The position numbers were made by a program, and so were the translations under genes. A DNA stretch of 64,000 nt from Candidatus Marinacidobacterales bacterium. GTDB taxonomy: Bacteria > Acidobacteriota > Vicinamibacteria > Marinacidobacterales > SMYC01. The notes below the pieces were generated by a model. The model searched no databases, had not been told where the DNA came from, and worked only from the letters and a program-made list of their open reading frames with translations. The stretch spans positions 1,888,001 to 1,952,000 of the forward strand of contig CBDCYI010000005.1 in assembly GCA_965224085.1 (NCBI GenBank). Reading direction: 5' to 3'. Of the stretch, positions 1 through 9,536 are shown in pieces (position 1 is the stretch's first letter; each line of letters begins with the position of its first letter).

Positions 1-503
1 TTCCCGCTAATAGTCCGAATCTGAACGCATACGCGGAAAGATTCGTTCTCTCCATACGTCGAGAGTGTCTCGACCGCTTCGTGCCTCTCAGTGAGCGACA
101 CCTGCGGACAGCGATAACCGAATACGTAGTGCACTATCACACAGAACGGAACCACCAAGGTCTCGGCAACGAGCTCCTCACACCTCTGCCGGCAAGCGCG
201 AATGACGCTGGCCCCATCGTGTCGCGAGAGCGACTTGGGGGCATTCTCAACTACTACTGCCGTGCCGCGTAGATGGTCGCCGGCGACGGTAGCCCCTTGG
301 TGGGCCCGCTCGGCGTAGCGTGGAAACCGCTTCAGGAACACGCTTGGATATTCGCTCTCGACTAGGAGGTCATCTGCATGGTGACGACCCGCCCGCCCAA
401 GACGATTGTAAAGCCCACGGCTCTTAGCCCGGTCGCAAACACAGACACTAAGTTGCTGATTTATGGCCTATTTCAAAAGGGCCGAGTTTTGGCACAGGAC
501 GGG
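1..503 (+). mobile_element. 3' part of an rve integrase-core (IS3/IS481-related) element with ~230-bp 3' non-coding region and type-A end
   Basis: Reading frame [58 protein letters not shown] stops at 272. The element ends in GAGTTTTGGCACAGGACGGG, which recurs in the window. Confidence 0.85.
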
Positions 504-523
504 ACCGTTTTATGGGAGTAAGG

Positions 524-886
524 TTAGGTGACGTGAGTATCCAAGGCAACATCAAACCACTTCGATCGCTCGTTGAGTCCCTTCAGGTTCGTGGGTCGTG
601 GAATCGAAGTTGCTCCGGTTCTCGGAGTCGACGTTCCTTCCTCATCAGCACCTCCTTCGCTTTTCGAAGAACAATTCTGAGCCTCTTCATCGCCGGGAAA
701 CGGGCCTGGAACCAGACGTTCGACCTCGTACAGCTCTCCGATCAGGCGAAGCACTTCGGAGCACGCCTGCGGGTAGTGCTCGCTGGCTTCATCGAACTTC
801 CGTTTGACGTGCGCCCAGCAATGGGCGAGTCGAAGCTCGGGGGCATCGCGATCACTCGCTGCTTTTCTGGTGTTGTGGATGGTCAC
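524..886 (-). pseudogene. IS66-family TnpC transposase fragment
   Basis: Contains LAHCWAHVKRKFDEA..IGELYEVER; flanks are unrelated. Confidence 0.75.
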
Positions 887-947
887 ACGCGTGACAGAAA
901 GGTCATTCTAGATCCGAGCTGTCGGGAATCGAGCGCAGCTTTCGGTA

Positions 948-3290
948 TCAGAAGCGAAACAGCTTCGTGAACTTGACCGCGAACGTCCTGTTCAACAGGA
1001 TGGGAAATCCATCCTCGTTGGTGAGCCGGCCGTCGCTATAAACCACGAAGAGGTCGCTCCCTGGTTCGTATTCCCACCGGAATCGCACGTTGGAGCTCAG
1101 CGTGTTGCTCGTGGAGTTCCACTGAAAAAGCCCTCCCACGAACATGCGGGGTGACATCGAGTATGTGATCCGGCTGCTCACGAGGCGGGCCGCGAAATCC
1201 CCTTCCTCGAGGCTCACCCAGTTGAGCGAGAGTCGCGGCTCGAGCGAGAACTTCGGTGTCACTTCGATGCGACCGTTGAACGCGAGCTCGTTGCGGCCGC
1301 CGCTGAAGAAGCTTCCCGTACGGTAGCTGACGAAGCCCGGCACCGGTCGCTGCGCTCCGAACCGGTACGCAACGTGGACGTCCTGGAAGTCGTAGCCGCC
1401 GATGGGCAGGATGATGCCGTCCGAGATCTCGAACTCCTCGGCCAGGAACTCGAACTGCGGGTTGTACTCGACGGTTAGCTCGTCGCCGGCCTCGAACTCC
1501 GCTTTGAATTGGGCCTGAGCACGACGTGTCTGAAGCTTTCCGGTGGGCTCGCCGGTGATGTAGTCGAAGGTTCCTTGGAATACGAACCTCCGGACGAGGT
1601 CGATCGAAGCGGGCCGTGGGCTGAACCGTGCCTCCACGAAACTGCGGGTAAACGCCTGCCGACTCGTGAACCCGAGTTCCGGCCGAAAAGCCTCGCCCAC
1701 TTTGAGGCGCTGGACCTGCAGGCCATAGCTATCTCCGTTGTAGTCGAATCGTCCGAGATAGCTGGTCTCGTCCCCAACGATCTGCGTACCGGTGGCGAGT
1801 GGTGTGTGGCTCAGCGCGTAGTAGGTGTTGATGGTCACGTTGGTACCGAAGAAGAAGTTGCCATCCAGGCCGAAGAGAGAGTTCGACGTTCCGGGCTCGG
1901 ACAGCGACGTCGTGCGGTGGGTCGCGATGACGCCGATATCGCTTCGGCGAAGGATGTCCCGCCGGAACCGCAGCACAGCGAAATTGGTGGGCTCCACGAA
2001 ACCCTCGACGCCTCGGGTCTGAATGTTCAGAGCGCCAACCCGGAACGGGCCGGCACGGCCGGTCACCCGCCCTCCCACCTGAATGGGGTCCACGCCGCTC
2101 GACGTGAGCCCGATGCGGCGGCTGAAGAACATGATCGGCGTCAAGTTCCCGATCGACCTACCCGGACGAAAGCCGAAGTCCGGTCGGCTCTGCACGCCAG
2201 CAAAGGAGAAGATACTCGCCCCTTCGAGAAAGAACTCTCGTTTCTCCGGGAAGAACAGGCTGAAACGGGTCAGGTTGACCTGCTGTTGATCCTCCTCGAC
2301 CTGCGCGAAGTCGGTGTTGTAGGTGAAGTCGGCAATGAGACCCCTGGTCAGCCCGTACTTGACATCGAATCCGGCGTCCGCGTTCCAGTCGTTCGACACG
2401 ACGGGCTCCGCGTCATTGTTGGTTACGGACGCCGTGATGCCGTAGGCCTTGAGCTCCAGATTCCGCGACGATGCTGGAGCCTCCAGCCCGACCAGCGTCG
2501 CGGATTCCGACATCCGGTAGACCCCCCTTGGGCCGTGCGACCGCGCAACGAGGGACAGGTACGAGTCCTCGTTCTTCCACTTGACCGCGCGGCGAATATT
2601 GATGCTCCAGACCTGATCCCTCCCAGCCTTGTACCGGAGAGACTTGAACGGAACGGCTATCTCCACAATCCAGCCCTGCTCGAACGTCGAAGCCTTCACG
2701 TCCCAGACCGTGTTCCAGTCCCGATTGATCGCCTGGCCCTCGTCACCGAACTGCTGGTCTCGGAGCGCCCCGAGCGGATTCGTCTGGAACATGAAGCCAT
2801 TCCGGCGGTCGTAGAACGTGTCGAACACCACCGTGACGCTCTCGTTCTGGTAGATGCCGAAATTGTCCCGCCGCATTTCGTTGACGACCATCCTCTCCGG
2901 GTGGCTGTCCCAGCAGCGCATGCCGACGTAGATGTTCCTGTCGTCGAAAAAAACCCAGGCCTCGGTTTTCTCCGTAGCGGGCTCGCCCTCGTCGGGCACC
3001 TGCTGGATGAAGTCGCTGACCGCAGTTACCCGGGTATAGATGGCGTCGTCCAGCTTGCCATCGAGGACGAAGGGCTCGCTGAGACGGTTCGCGCGAAGAG
3101 TCACTCGTCCCTGGTCGTCGCGAGCCACCACTTCGGGCGGCTCTGGCGCGGGTGGTCCGTGCAGGTCGACGTCTGCGGGAGTGTCTTCATCGTGCCCGTC
3201 ATCACGGTCGTCTGCCCTTGCCTGCGCGGCCAGCGTCAGTGCGAGCAGAACTGACGCCGCGACACACCAACCCACGGGTGCTACCGCCAT
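948..3290 (-). CDS. DUF5916 / CBM9-like outer-membrane beta-barrel protein; native 5' end cut by the MITE
   Basis: Signal-like LLALTLAAQARA, LDGKLDD, FDTFYDRRNGFMFQTNPLG, NTDFAQVEED, RFSLFFPEKREFFLEG and a C-terminal Phe (KLFRF). The in-frame ATG at 3290 lies inside the MITE terminal repeat. Confidence 0.85.
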   Translation of the reverse strand: MAVAPVGWCVAASVLLALTLAAQARADDRDDGHDEDTPADVDLHGPPAPEPPEVVARDDQGRVTLRANRLSEPFVLDGKLDDAIYTRVTAVSDFIQQVPDEGEPATEKTEAWVFFDDRNIYVGMRCWDSHPERMVVNEMRRDNFGIYQNESVTVVFDTFYDRRNGFMFQTNPLGALRDQQFGDEGQAINRDWNTVWDVKASTFEQGWIVEIAVPFKSLRYKAGRDQVWSINIRRAVKWKNEDSYLSLVARSHGPRGVYRMSESATLVGLEAPASSRNLELKAYGITASVTNNDAEPVVSNDWNADAGFDVKYGLTRGLIADFTYNTDFAQVEEDQQQVNLTRFSLFFPEKREFFLEGASIFSFAGVQSRPDFGFRPGRSIGNLTPIMFFSRRIGLTSSGVDPIQVGGRVTGRAGPFRVGALNIQTRGVEGFVEPTNFAVLRFRRDILRRSDIGVIATHRTTSLSEPGTSNSLFGLDGNFFFGTNVTINTYYALSHTPLATGTQIVGDETSYLGRFDYNGDSYGLQVQRLKVGEAFRPELGFTSRQAFTRSFVEARFSPRPASIDLVRRFVFQGTFDYITGEPTGKLQTRRAQAQFKAEFEAGDELTVEYNPQFEFLAEEFEISDGIILPIGGYDFQDVHVAYRFGAQRPVPGFVSYRTGSFFSGGRNELAFNGRIEVTPKFSLEPRLSLNWVSLEEGDFAARLVSSRITYSMSPRMFVGGLFQWNSTSNTLSSNVRFRWEYEPGSDLFVVYSDGRLTNEDGFPILLNRTFAVKFTKLFRF

Positions 3291-3634
3291 TAAATGTTGG
3301 TGATTTGTACGCATCCCTTTGCAAAGAAGTCGCTTACGCTCAATTTAGCGCGCGGCGAAGGTCGTGAGCCCTATTTTGGCTGTAATTTAATGCACCGCAA
3401 AGTCTTAGCGTTATCTCACCAACACTTAACCCTAATCGCAAATAAACGTCACCGTGTCTGAGGTCTTTGGCCCCGTGAATAGCACCTTTTCCAGGTTCTG
3501 CATACACCGTGCAGAATCACCTATGTGGCGGCGAGCGGGTGCCCCAGCACGAGCTTCTCGCCTGCGCCCAGTGCGGCTGTTTCGCGTTTTCGTGCTTCGA
3601 AGATTTTGCGATTAGGGTTAATAGCAGAAGCACC
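3277..3634. mobile_element. IS1-derived MITE copy 1, carrying a nested TTAA element
   Basis: Inverted ends GGTGCTACCGCCATTAAATGTTGGTG and CACCAACACTTAA..TAGCAGAAGCACC; body matches the copies at 6397, 28163 and 56879. Confidence 0.9.
3430..3617 (+). mobile_element. TTAA-targeting 188-bp MITE, copy 1
   Basis: TTAA|CCCTAATCGCAAA...TTTGCGATTAGGG|TTAA: 13-bp perfect terminal inverted repeat (TIR) with duplicated TTAA. Confidence 0.92.
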
Positions 3635-4293
3635 TCTTCGTTACGATCGAGGTCTGGTCTCGGCTCTGGCCATCGACGGTGACGGGAAGGCGAAGCTATC
3701 GGAACACTCACGCTCTGTTTCGCGACCTTTCGAAGCGGATGAATTTCGAGCGTCTTCCCTTGATCGTCACGGATGGATTCGAATTCTACCGGAAGGTCAT
3801 CCGTCGCTTCTTCGGGCCAGCGTGTCTCTACGGCCAGGTCCTCAAGACGCGCAGGAACGATCGTATCATCAAGGTCGAACGCAGAGCGCTGCACGGAGCC
3901 GCGTGGCGATTTGATGACGCGCTCAATAACTCCGAGGACTCCTCGACATTGAACACGTCGTTCATCGAGCGGTTGAATCTGACGATCCGGCAAAGCTCAG
4001 CATACCTTTCGAGACGAACACTTTCCCACGCTCGCTCGACGGAGAGGCTCGATGAGCACCTGGAGTTGCTCCGTTGCTATTACAATTTCGTCCGACCGCA
4101 CGGAGCTCTGAAGTTCGGACGTGAGATCCGAACTCCGGCCATGCAAGCCGGTCTGACCATTCGACGGCTCACCTTTCGAGACATCTTCTTGGCGACGACG
4201 ATTCCTTTGTGGTTGCAGATCGAGGTTTTCCTGCTCAGTTGGGCGCGCAACCCGGTCTCTTCCGAACCTGTACCACTGCCCGCAGCCGCGTAG
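3635..4293 (+). pseudogene. IS1-family transposase, C-terminal half
   Basis: LIVTDGFEFY and NTSFIERLNLTIRQ..YYNFVRPH..TPAMQAGL; overlaps in sequence with the fragment at 17107-17703. Confidence 0.85.
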
Positions 4294-4505
4294 CAACATA
4301 TCTGGACTCCTCAATCAACACCTTTCTCAAAGAAGTCTTCCTCAGAGCTGCTCGTCCAAATCGGTGACGAGTGGGTCAGACTGCAAACATATCTACGGCC
4401 TCAGTGAGGAGCGTCTTGGGTGCTCCGGGCCATGACGGAAAATCCGCGCGCGAGGAGCCAATCACTTTGAGCGACCTCTGAGGGCCAGTGTTGCTATCGG
4501 CTTGA

Positions 4506-4750
4506 CCCCGTCCTGTGCCAAAACTCGGCCCTTTTGAAATAGACCATAAATCAGCAGCTTAGTGTCTATGGTGCGCTCCCGTGAACGGCTTGGCGGTAGT
4601 AGACCCGCCGTCCCTTCTGTGCCGCGGCGATCGCGAGGCTGATCGCGAGATGGGTCTTACCGACGCCGGGCGGTCCCAACAAAACGACGTCAGCATCTTG
4701 GTTGTAAGCAGTTCGCCAATCTCATACAGCTCGAGTTTATGGAAGGGACA
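4506..4750. mobile_element. Chimeric mini-element (type-A end + IS21 istB scrap + type-E end)
   Basis: Starts CCCCGTCCTGTGCCAAAACTC and ends GAGTTTATGGAAGGGACA. The internal minus strand reads VVLLGPPGVGKTHLAISLA (IstB Walker A). Confidence 0.75.
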
Positions 4751-4890
4751 GGTAGCTCGCCAACATCGTGGTTCCACCATCCGCATCGTTGACGGCGGAC
4801 GCCGGTGTCAAACCGTAGACTTTGCAACGAGTTATCCATCTGTAGCTCTTTTTTGCGATGGTGGCCGGAAAACGTTTCTATAATGGCGGT

Positions 4891-5367
4891 ATGGGAAAGC
4901 TTCTTTTGCTGTTCATCATCGTCCCCGCCGTGGAGCTCGGTCTTCTCATCCAAGCGGGAATCTATCTCGGTACGTGGCCGACGCTCGCGTTGATCGTCCT
5001 CACCGGCATCGTGGGCGCGTATCTGGCACGGCGGCAAGGTTTCTCGGTTTTGACCCGCGCTGAGGAGCGGATGGACCGTGGCGAGTTCCCCGCGGGCTCG
5101 CTCGCGGACGGCGTCATGATCCTCGTCGCGGGCGCACTGCTGATGACACCGGGGATCCTCACCGACGCATTCGGCTTCTCACTGCTCGTGCCCGGCTTCC
5201 GCAACCTCATCAAGCACACCTTGCTGGCGCGCTTCCGTAAAGCGGTTGAAGAAAATCGAGTGCATGTGCACGTCTCCGGGATGGGATTCGACACCGACTC
5301 GGACCCGATGGTGGACATCCGCCTCGAGAGCTTCGGGCCCGGTCCGCCGAAATACAAAGTGCATTGA
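4891..5367 (+). CDS. fxsA: FxsA family membrane protein
   Basis: LFIIVPAVEL..TLALIVLTGIVGAYLARRQG..ALLMTPGILTDAFG is the FxsA signature. Confidence 0.85.
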   Translation: MGKLLLLFIIVPAVELGLLIQAGIYLGTWPTLALIVLTGIVGAYLARRQGFSVLTRAEERMDRGEFPAGSLADGVMILVAGALLMTPGILTDAFGFSLLVPGFRNLIKHTLLARFRKAVEENRVHVHVSGMGFDTDSDPMVDIRLESFGPGPPKYKVH

Positions 5368-5720
5368 CCGTCTTCTGGCGCTACTGGCTCCTCCAAATTC
5401 CCGGATGGGTCGTCTTGGCCTGTCTTCTCACGGCAGCGCATTATTAGCTCAGGCTGTCGCCGCTCGCTGCCGTCGTCGTCCTCGGCTTGTGGCTCGTCAA
5501 GGACGCGCTCCTCGATCCGATCCTCAAACCGCGCACTACATGTTTCGTGAGCGCGATGTGCATCAACGTTTGCTTGGCGAGCGCGCGGTAGCGTAGGAGG
5601 TCCTGACCCCTCGAGGCTACGTCAAGCTCCGCGGTGAGCTTTTGGTCGCCGAGCTGACCATGAAAGACACGTCGGTGCCCGCGGGCGAGCAAGTCGTCGT
5701 CGAGTCGCCAGCGATCACGG
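5364..5720 (+). pseudogene. NfeD-like membrane protein with two internal TAG stops
   Basis: Hydrophobic N-terminus, then LLGERAVA*EVLTPRGYVKLRGEL..VPAGEQVVV (NfeD OB-fold-like); stops near 5446 and 5594. Confidence 0.6.
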
Positions 5721-6083
5721 TGTGGCCGGCCTCGAGTTTCCCGGGCGCTACCTTTCGGAGGCCGACGGTGCCGCGGTGCGGACGGAGAAGTGGCTGCTCG
5801 GCCGCTTCCGCATGTCGCCATGTATCCCGGACCCGGATTTCGACGGAGCGGACGTCGTGCCAAAGTGTGTGAGTTCCGCAACGCTCTTCACCGTCGGGTG
5901 CCGGTACGCTAGCGCGTTTAACGGGCGTGCGTGACTACTATAATCGCACGAGGCCGCATTCGTCTCTCGGATCAAATGTTCCCGAGCCAGCGAGCGCTCT
6001 TCATGTCGATCCTGCTCTCCATCGTCACCAGATTCCGAGCGGAAAGCCGTACTATTTACACCATACGGGCGTCTAGGTCGTTG

Positions 6084-6396
6084 CTACCCCTGCAGCATTG
6101 TCCCAACGTAACTGTCCTTGTCTTCTTCCTGAAAAAGGACGTGCCGCTTCTGCATCTCGCTCTTCTCCATGTGCCACAGCATGCGCATCGTTGTGGACGG
6201 AGTGTTTGAAACGATGAAGGAGTGCAAGCGCACGAGCGGATCGCCGAGGCGTTGTTCGATTTCCTTGATGGTCTTGTAAAACTGGATCTTTGGATCGTGT
6301 GGCCCGAGGTTCCGGATTCCCTTGGGATCCACAAAGATGACCCGCTGCTGACCGTCCGCGAGCAACCACAAGATGAAGTCGGGGTGGAAGTTATCG
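6084..6396 (-). pseudogene. Type III restriction enzyme Res subunit, C-terminal nuclease fragment
   Basis: [18 protein letters not shown] is a PD-(D/E)xK motif typical of Res C-termini; cut by the MITE at 6397. Confidence 0.7.
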
Positions 6397-6755
6397 GGTG
6401 CTTGCGCTGTTTGCTGTTGGTGATGTGTACGTATCTCTTTGCAAAAAAAGCGCTTACGCTCCATTTAGATCCAGGCGAAGGTCGCGAGCGCTATTTTGGC
6501 TGTAATTTAATGCAGCGTAAAGTCTTAGCGTCATCTCACCAACACTTAACCCTAATCGCAAAATCTTCGAAGCACGAAAACGCGAAACAGCCGCACTGGG
6601 CGCAGGCGAGAAGCTCGTGCTGGGGCACCCGCTCGCCGCCACTATAGGTGATTCTGCACGGTGTATGCAGAACCTGGAAAAGGTGCTATTCACGGGGCCA
6701 AAGACCTCAGACACGGTGACGTTTATTTGCGATTAGGGTTAATAGCGGAAGCACC
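6397..6755. mobile_element. IS1-derived MITE copy 2, carrying a nested TTAA element
   Basis: Same body as copy 1; ends TAGCGGAAGCACC and abuts a type-A end scrap GGCACAGGACGGGG (6756-6769). Confidence 0.9.
6550..6738 (-). mobile_element. TTAA-targeting 189-bp MITE, copy 2 (opposite orientation)
   Basis: Same TIRs and TTAA duplication; interior is the reverse complement of copy 1. Confidence 0.92.
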
Positions 6756-6770
6756 GGCACAGGACGGGGT

Positions 6771-6855
6771 CACCGAGACAAAACCGGTGCCGGCCGCGTC
6801 GAGCCGTTCGACGAGCTTTGCAAAGTCGGAGAGGGAACGGGTCAGCCGGTCGACC
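6771..6855 (-). pseudogene. ~85-bp scrap of a large serine recombinase gene
   Basis: Near-identical to 52939-53022 (VDRLTRSLSDFAKLVERL). Confidence 0.75.
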
Positions 6856-7066
6856 GCAGGACGTCTCTCTTCATGGCTGTCTGCCCGTCAATACGCGATC
6901 TTCTTTTTTGCGGATCACAGCTCGGCCAACCGAACCGTTGTGGTCCATACAGACCGAAAGATCAGATGCAAAATGTACCGATACTGGGACTTTACTGACG
7001 GACAATCACTTCATCCAGGGAGCGGATTTGGTCAAGCAGGTCAATAGTGAGAACATTGGATCGAGC

Positions 7067-7714
7067 ATGAAGAAACGTTCCCTCCGATACGCTGGCGACA
7101 AGGCCGTTCGCGCTCTATTGGAGCGTTATGCGTGTCCGACTTTATTCCATGTCGTCCGCACACGATTCCTCGGCAACATCGCGACGCCCAAGCTCGACGC
7201 ATCGCCCCTCCGGACCATAGAGAGCTGTTGGGAAGGTGAGCTGCCGGAGTTGGACAATGTCGGCGCAGCCAATGAGCTATTCGAGTCCCTGATGGGGCTT
7301 TGGAACGAACTGGCAAGGCATCAATCGGCAACCAAGCCGTTCCGTTTGACGCGGATGGAGGCCAAGCCGGATGCGGACGACATTCGCCGTCTGTGCCGGA
7401 CCCGCACCGAGGAGCTTGAAGGCTTCATCGACGGACTGTTTGGTGACGCGGAGATCATGGATCTGCCCGAATGGGCCAACGAGGCCCTGGATAACCTCGG
7501 CCAGACTTATGCCATGATCCGCGGTATCATCGATCTCCTGGAGAGAGAGTCGGCGGCACCGGCGTCAGAGGGGGACCTGAGGGGAATTCTCAAGAACGTT
7601 GGGGAACTCTCACACATCGCGGAGAAGGAACTGCACACGGTAGTGCTTGCCTGCAAGCGCGCCCGCCAACAGACCCTTTCCACTATCGCCGTGGGCAAGC
7701 CCACCGTTCATTGA
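7067..7714 (+). CDS. Hypothetical protein
   Basis: Clean 215-aa ORF from ATG 7067 with protein-like helical composition; function not recognised. Confidence 0.65.
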   Translation: MKKRSLRYAGDKAVRALLERYACPTLFHVVRTRFLGNIATPKLDASPLRTIESCWEGELPELDNVGAANELFESLMGLWNELARHQSATKPFRLTRMEAKPDADDIRRLCRTRTEELEGFIDGLFGDAEIMDLPEWANEALDNLGQTYAMIRGIIDLLERESAAPASEGDLRGILKNVGELSHIAEKELHTVVLACKRARQQTLSTIAVGKPTVH

Positions 7715-7751
7715 AGGGAAGTACCACGAGCAGCCGGAAGTAGTTCTCGGT

Positions 7752-8157
7752 CAAGTCTTAATTTTCCTGTCAAATCTCCGCATGGTTCCCCGAGCTCGGT
7801 TAAGCAGCTGATTCCTCCGACGTGAGTTGCGGAAGGAGTTCATTGCGAAGCTCCTCGACTTGCCTGGTCGTGAAGACATCCATCCTCACACCGCGCCATT
7901 TCCCGGCGACGGCCAACAGGACAGCAAAAGAAAGTTTCATCGCGGCCTCCTCGGTGAAGAAGTGAGGGATCACCTTCGTCCGACGTTTGTGCTCTCCGAA
8001 GGTGCGCTCAAGCAGGTTCGCTGTTCGAAGCCTCTTGTGATGCGCCGGAGGAAGTCGAAGGGCCTGAAGACACGCTTCGAGGGTCTCCTCCATGCACTTC
8101 ATCGCGCTCGGGAATCGTTGACGGTACCGAGCGAGCACTTCCCGGCCCGTCTTCAGC
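7752..8157 (-). pseudogene. IS256-family transposase C-terminal fragment with right end
   Basis: LPPAHHKRLRTANLLERTFGEHKRRTKVIPHF; end sequence GGTCAAGTCTTAATTTTCCTGTCAA. Confidence 0.8.
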
Positions 8158-8208
8158 TGTGCCTTCCATTTATTCATCCGCGCGCCCCGAACTTGATTAG
8201 TCTCCGGT
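8158..8208 (-). repeat. Type-D rve-element end
   Basis: TGTGCCTTCCATTTATTCATCCGCGCGCCCCGAACTTGATT; also at 10323, 36740-36843 and 40305-40401. Confidence 0.8.
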
Positions 8209-8280
8209 CGGTGCGTGCGCGGATGCGTCCCCTGAAGTCGTGGAAAAAGAACGTCGCTCCTCCACTTCGTAGAAAGGGTA

Positions 8281-8530
8281 TCAGATCATGCCGCGACGTC
8301 GCCTCGTGCGAGAGACGTCGGCCAAGTGGTGGTAGCCGTCGATACAACGTAGCTTGATCTGACCGGAAGCTACGAGTCCGAAAAGCAAAGCGATGGCGGA
8401 TTCTTCGGTGGTGAACGACGCCTGGGTCTTGGTCCGGCGGCGAAACTCGCGGTTCAAGTTTTCCAAGGCGTTGGTTGTGCGGATCGACTTCCACCTCGCA
8501 CGCGGGAACTCGTGGTCGCTCGCGTTAACT
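8281..8530 (-). pseudogene. Second IS256-family transposase C-terminal fragment
   Basis: FPRARWKSIRTTNALENLNREFRRRTKTQASF. Confidence 0.8.
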
Positions 8531-8672
8531 CGGCTGGTCGCCGAGAAGTTCGTCCTCAGCACCTTCCCTCGCGCGCTGACCACGCTCTCCAGCATGTGCT
8601 CAAGGGCGGTCCGGGCCCTAGAGTCCAGTCCCGGACTAGTAATGATGATGGACAACCCACCCTGGCCTCGAA

Positions 8673-9134
8673 TCAGGCCGCCGTCTCGGGGTCGGGCGCG
8701 CTCGCATCGACGAGCGCCCAGCTAATGCAACGTTCCGCGTCATCAAGACAACTAGCCGCGCCGGAATCCTTAAGGAATGCTACTCCAGGCTTGACCAGAC
8801 AGCAGGGAAACTCTAGAGCCAGATCCGCCGGTAGTGTCGCCGCCAACCAGGCCAAGCCCTTCGTCACGCCCCCGCCCGTCCAGGCGGTCACGCAACGAAC
8901 CAGGACGCGCCGCTCGGCTCCCTCGAGAAGCCAGCCCACCGCGCCGGTCCAGGTGTTCCTGATGCTGAGCGCGTAATAGGGGAATCCTGGCAATGGCACC
9001 GCCTTGCCACCGATGGCTACCTCGGCGGTAGAACGCAATGCGGCCAGCATCTCGAGTCGTACATCCGAGCGTGGCGTCTTCTCTGTGTGGCAGGTTGATA
9101 GGGTGTAGTGGAACATCACCTCACCGCCGCTCAT
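8673..9134 (-). CDS. Hypothetical protein
   Basis: ~150-aa ORF (MFHYTLSTCH...DAERCISWAL) cut upstream by an IS5 end; no family recognised. Confidence 0.45.
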   Translation of the reverse strand: MSGGEVMFHYTLSTCHTEKTPRSDVRLEMLAALRSTAEVAIGGKAVPLPGFPYYALSIRNTWTGAVGWLLEGAERRVLVRCVTAWTGGGVTKGLAWLAATLPADLALEFPCCLVKPGVAFLKDSGAASCLDDAERCISWALVDASAPDPETAA

Positions 9135-9161
9135 TCTGGGCCATCCTGGCCGGAGATCTGC

Positions 9162-9428
9162 TGCCTTGGTGCACAACTCCGATAGAGGCCGAGAACTCGC
9201 TTGGCCCCGACTCCCATCATCCGATCATCTCGCTATCAGGCATCCCGAGCGCCGTCATCGTGTTGAGAATCTTGCACCCGATCCTTGCCTCGACTCTCTG
9301 TGCCGCCAACCCTCTCGCTCGCATTGCTGAGCCCACGATAGCCTTGTAGCGATGGAACGTTGTCTCGACTTTGCTCCGTTTGCTGTAGCCCGATTCTGTG
9401 TGCCACTTTCGTTTGCCGAGCCGAGCTT
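9162..9428 (-). pseudogene. IS5-family (IS903 group) transposase 3' fragment with end
   Basis: SGYSKRSKVETTFHRYKAIVG..KILNTMTALGMPDS; end TGCCTTGGTGCACAACTC; near-identical to 14056-14320. Confidence 0.85.
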
Positions 9429-9536
9429 CCCCGCTCTGGCCGAGGGTTTCGACTTAATCATCGGTAGAAGAAGGGTTCTATCCCCGCAGCGTTCGGGGGA
9501 AGAATCATATCCCCTGCCTCAGTTCTATGCCCTCCA

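Noticed and set aside
1509-3254. Long antisense ORFs (also 24557-26101, 18470-19513, 12467-13399)
   Set aside because: They are shadows of real genes in GC-rich DNA and carry no recognisable motifs.
3426-3436. TAACCCTAA / TTAGGGTTA resembles the vertebrate-type telomere repeat
   Set aside because: Only 1.5 units, never tandem; fully explained by the TTAA target plus the CCCTAA TIR.
6454-6714. Recurrent small ORFs MSEVFGPVNS... and LTLIAKSSKH... at several loci
   Set aside because: These are translations of the 189-bp MITE, with variable ends and no RBS.
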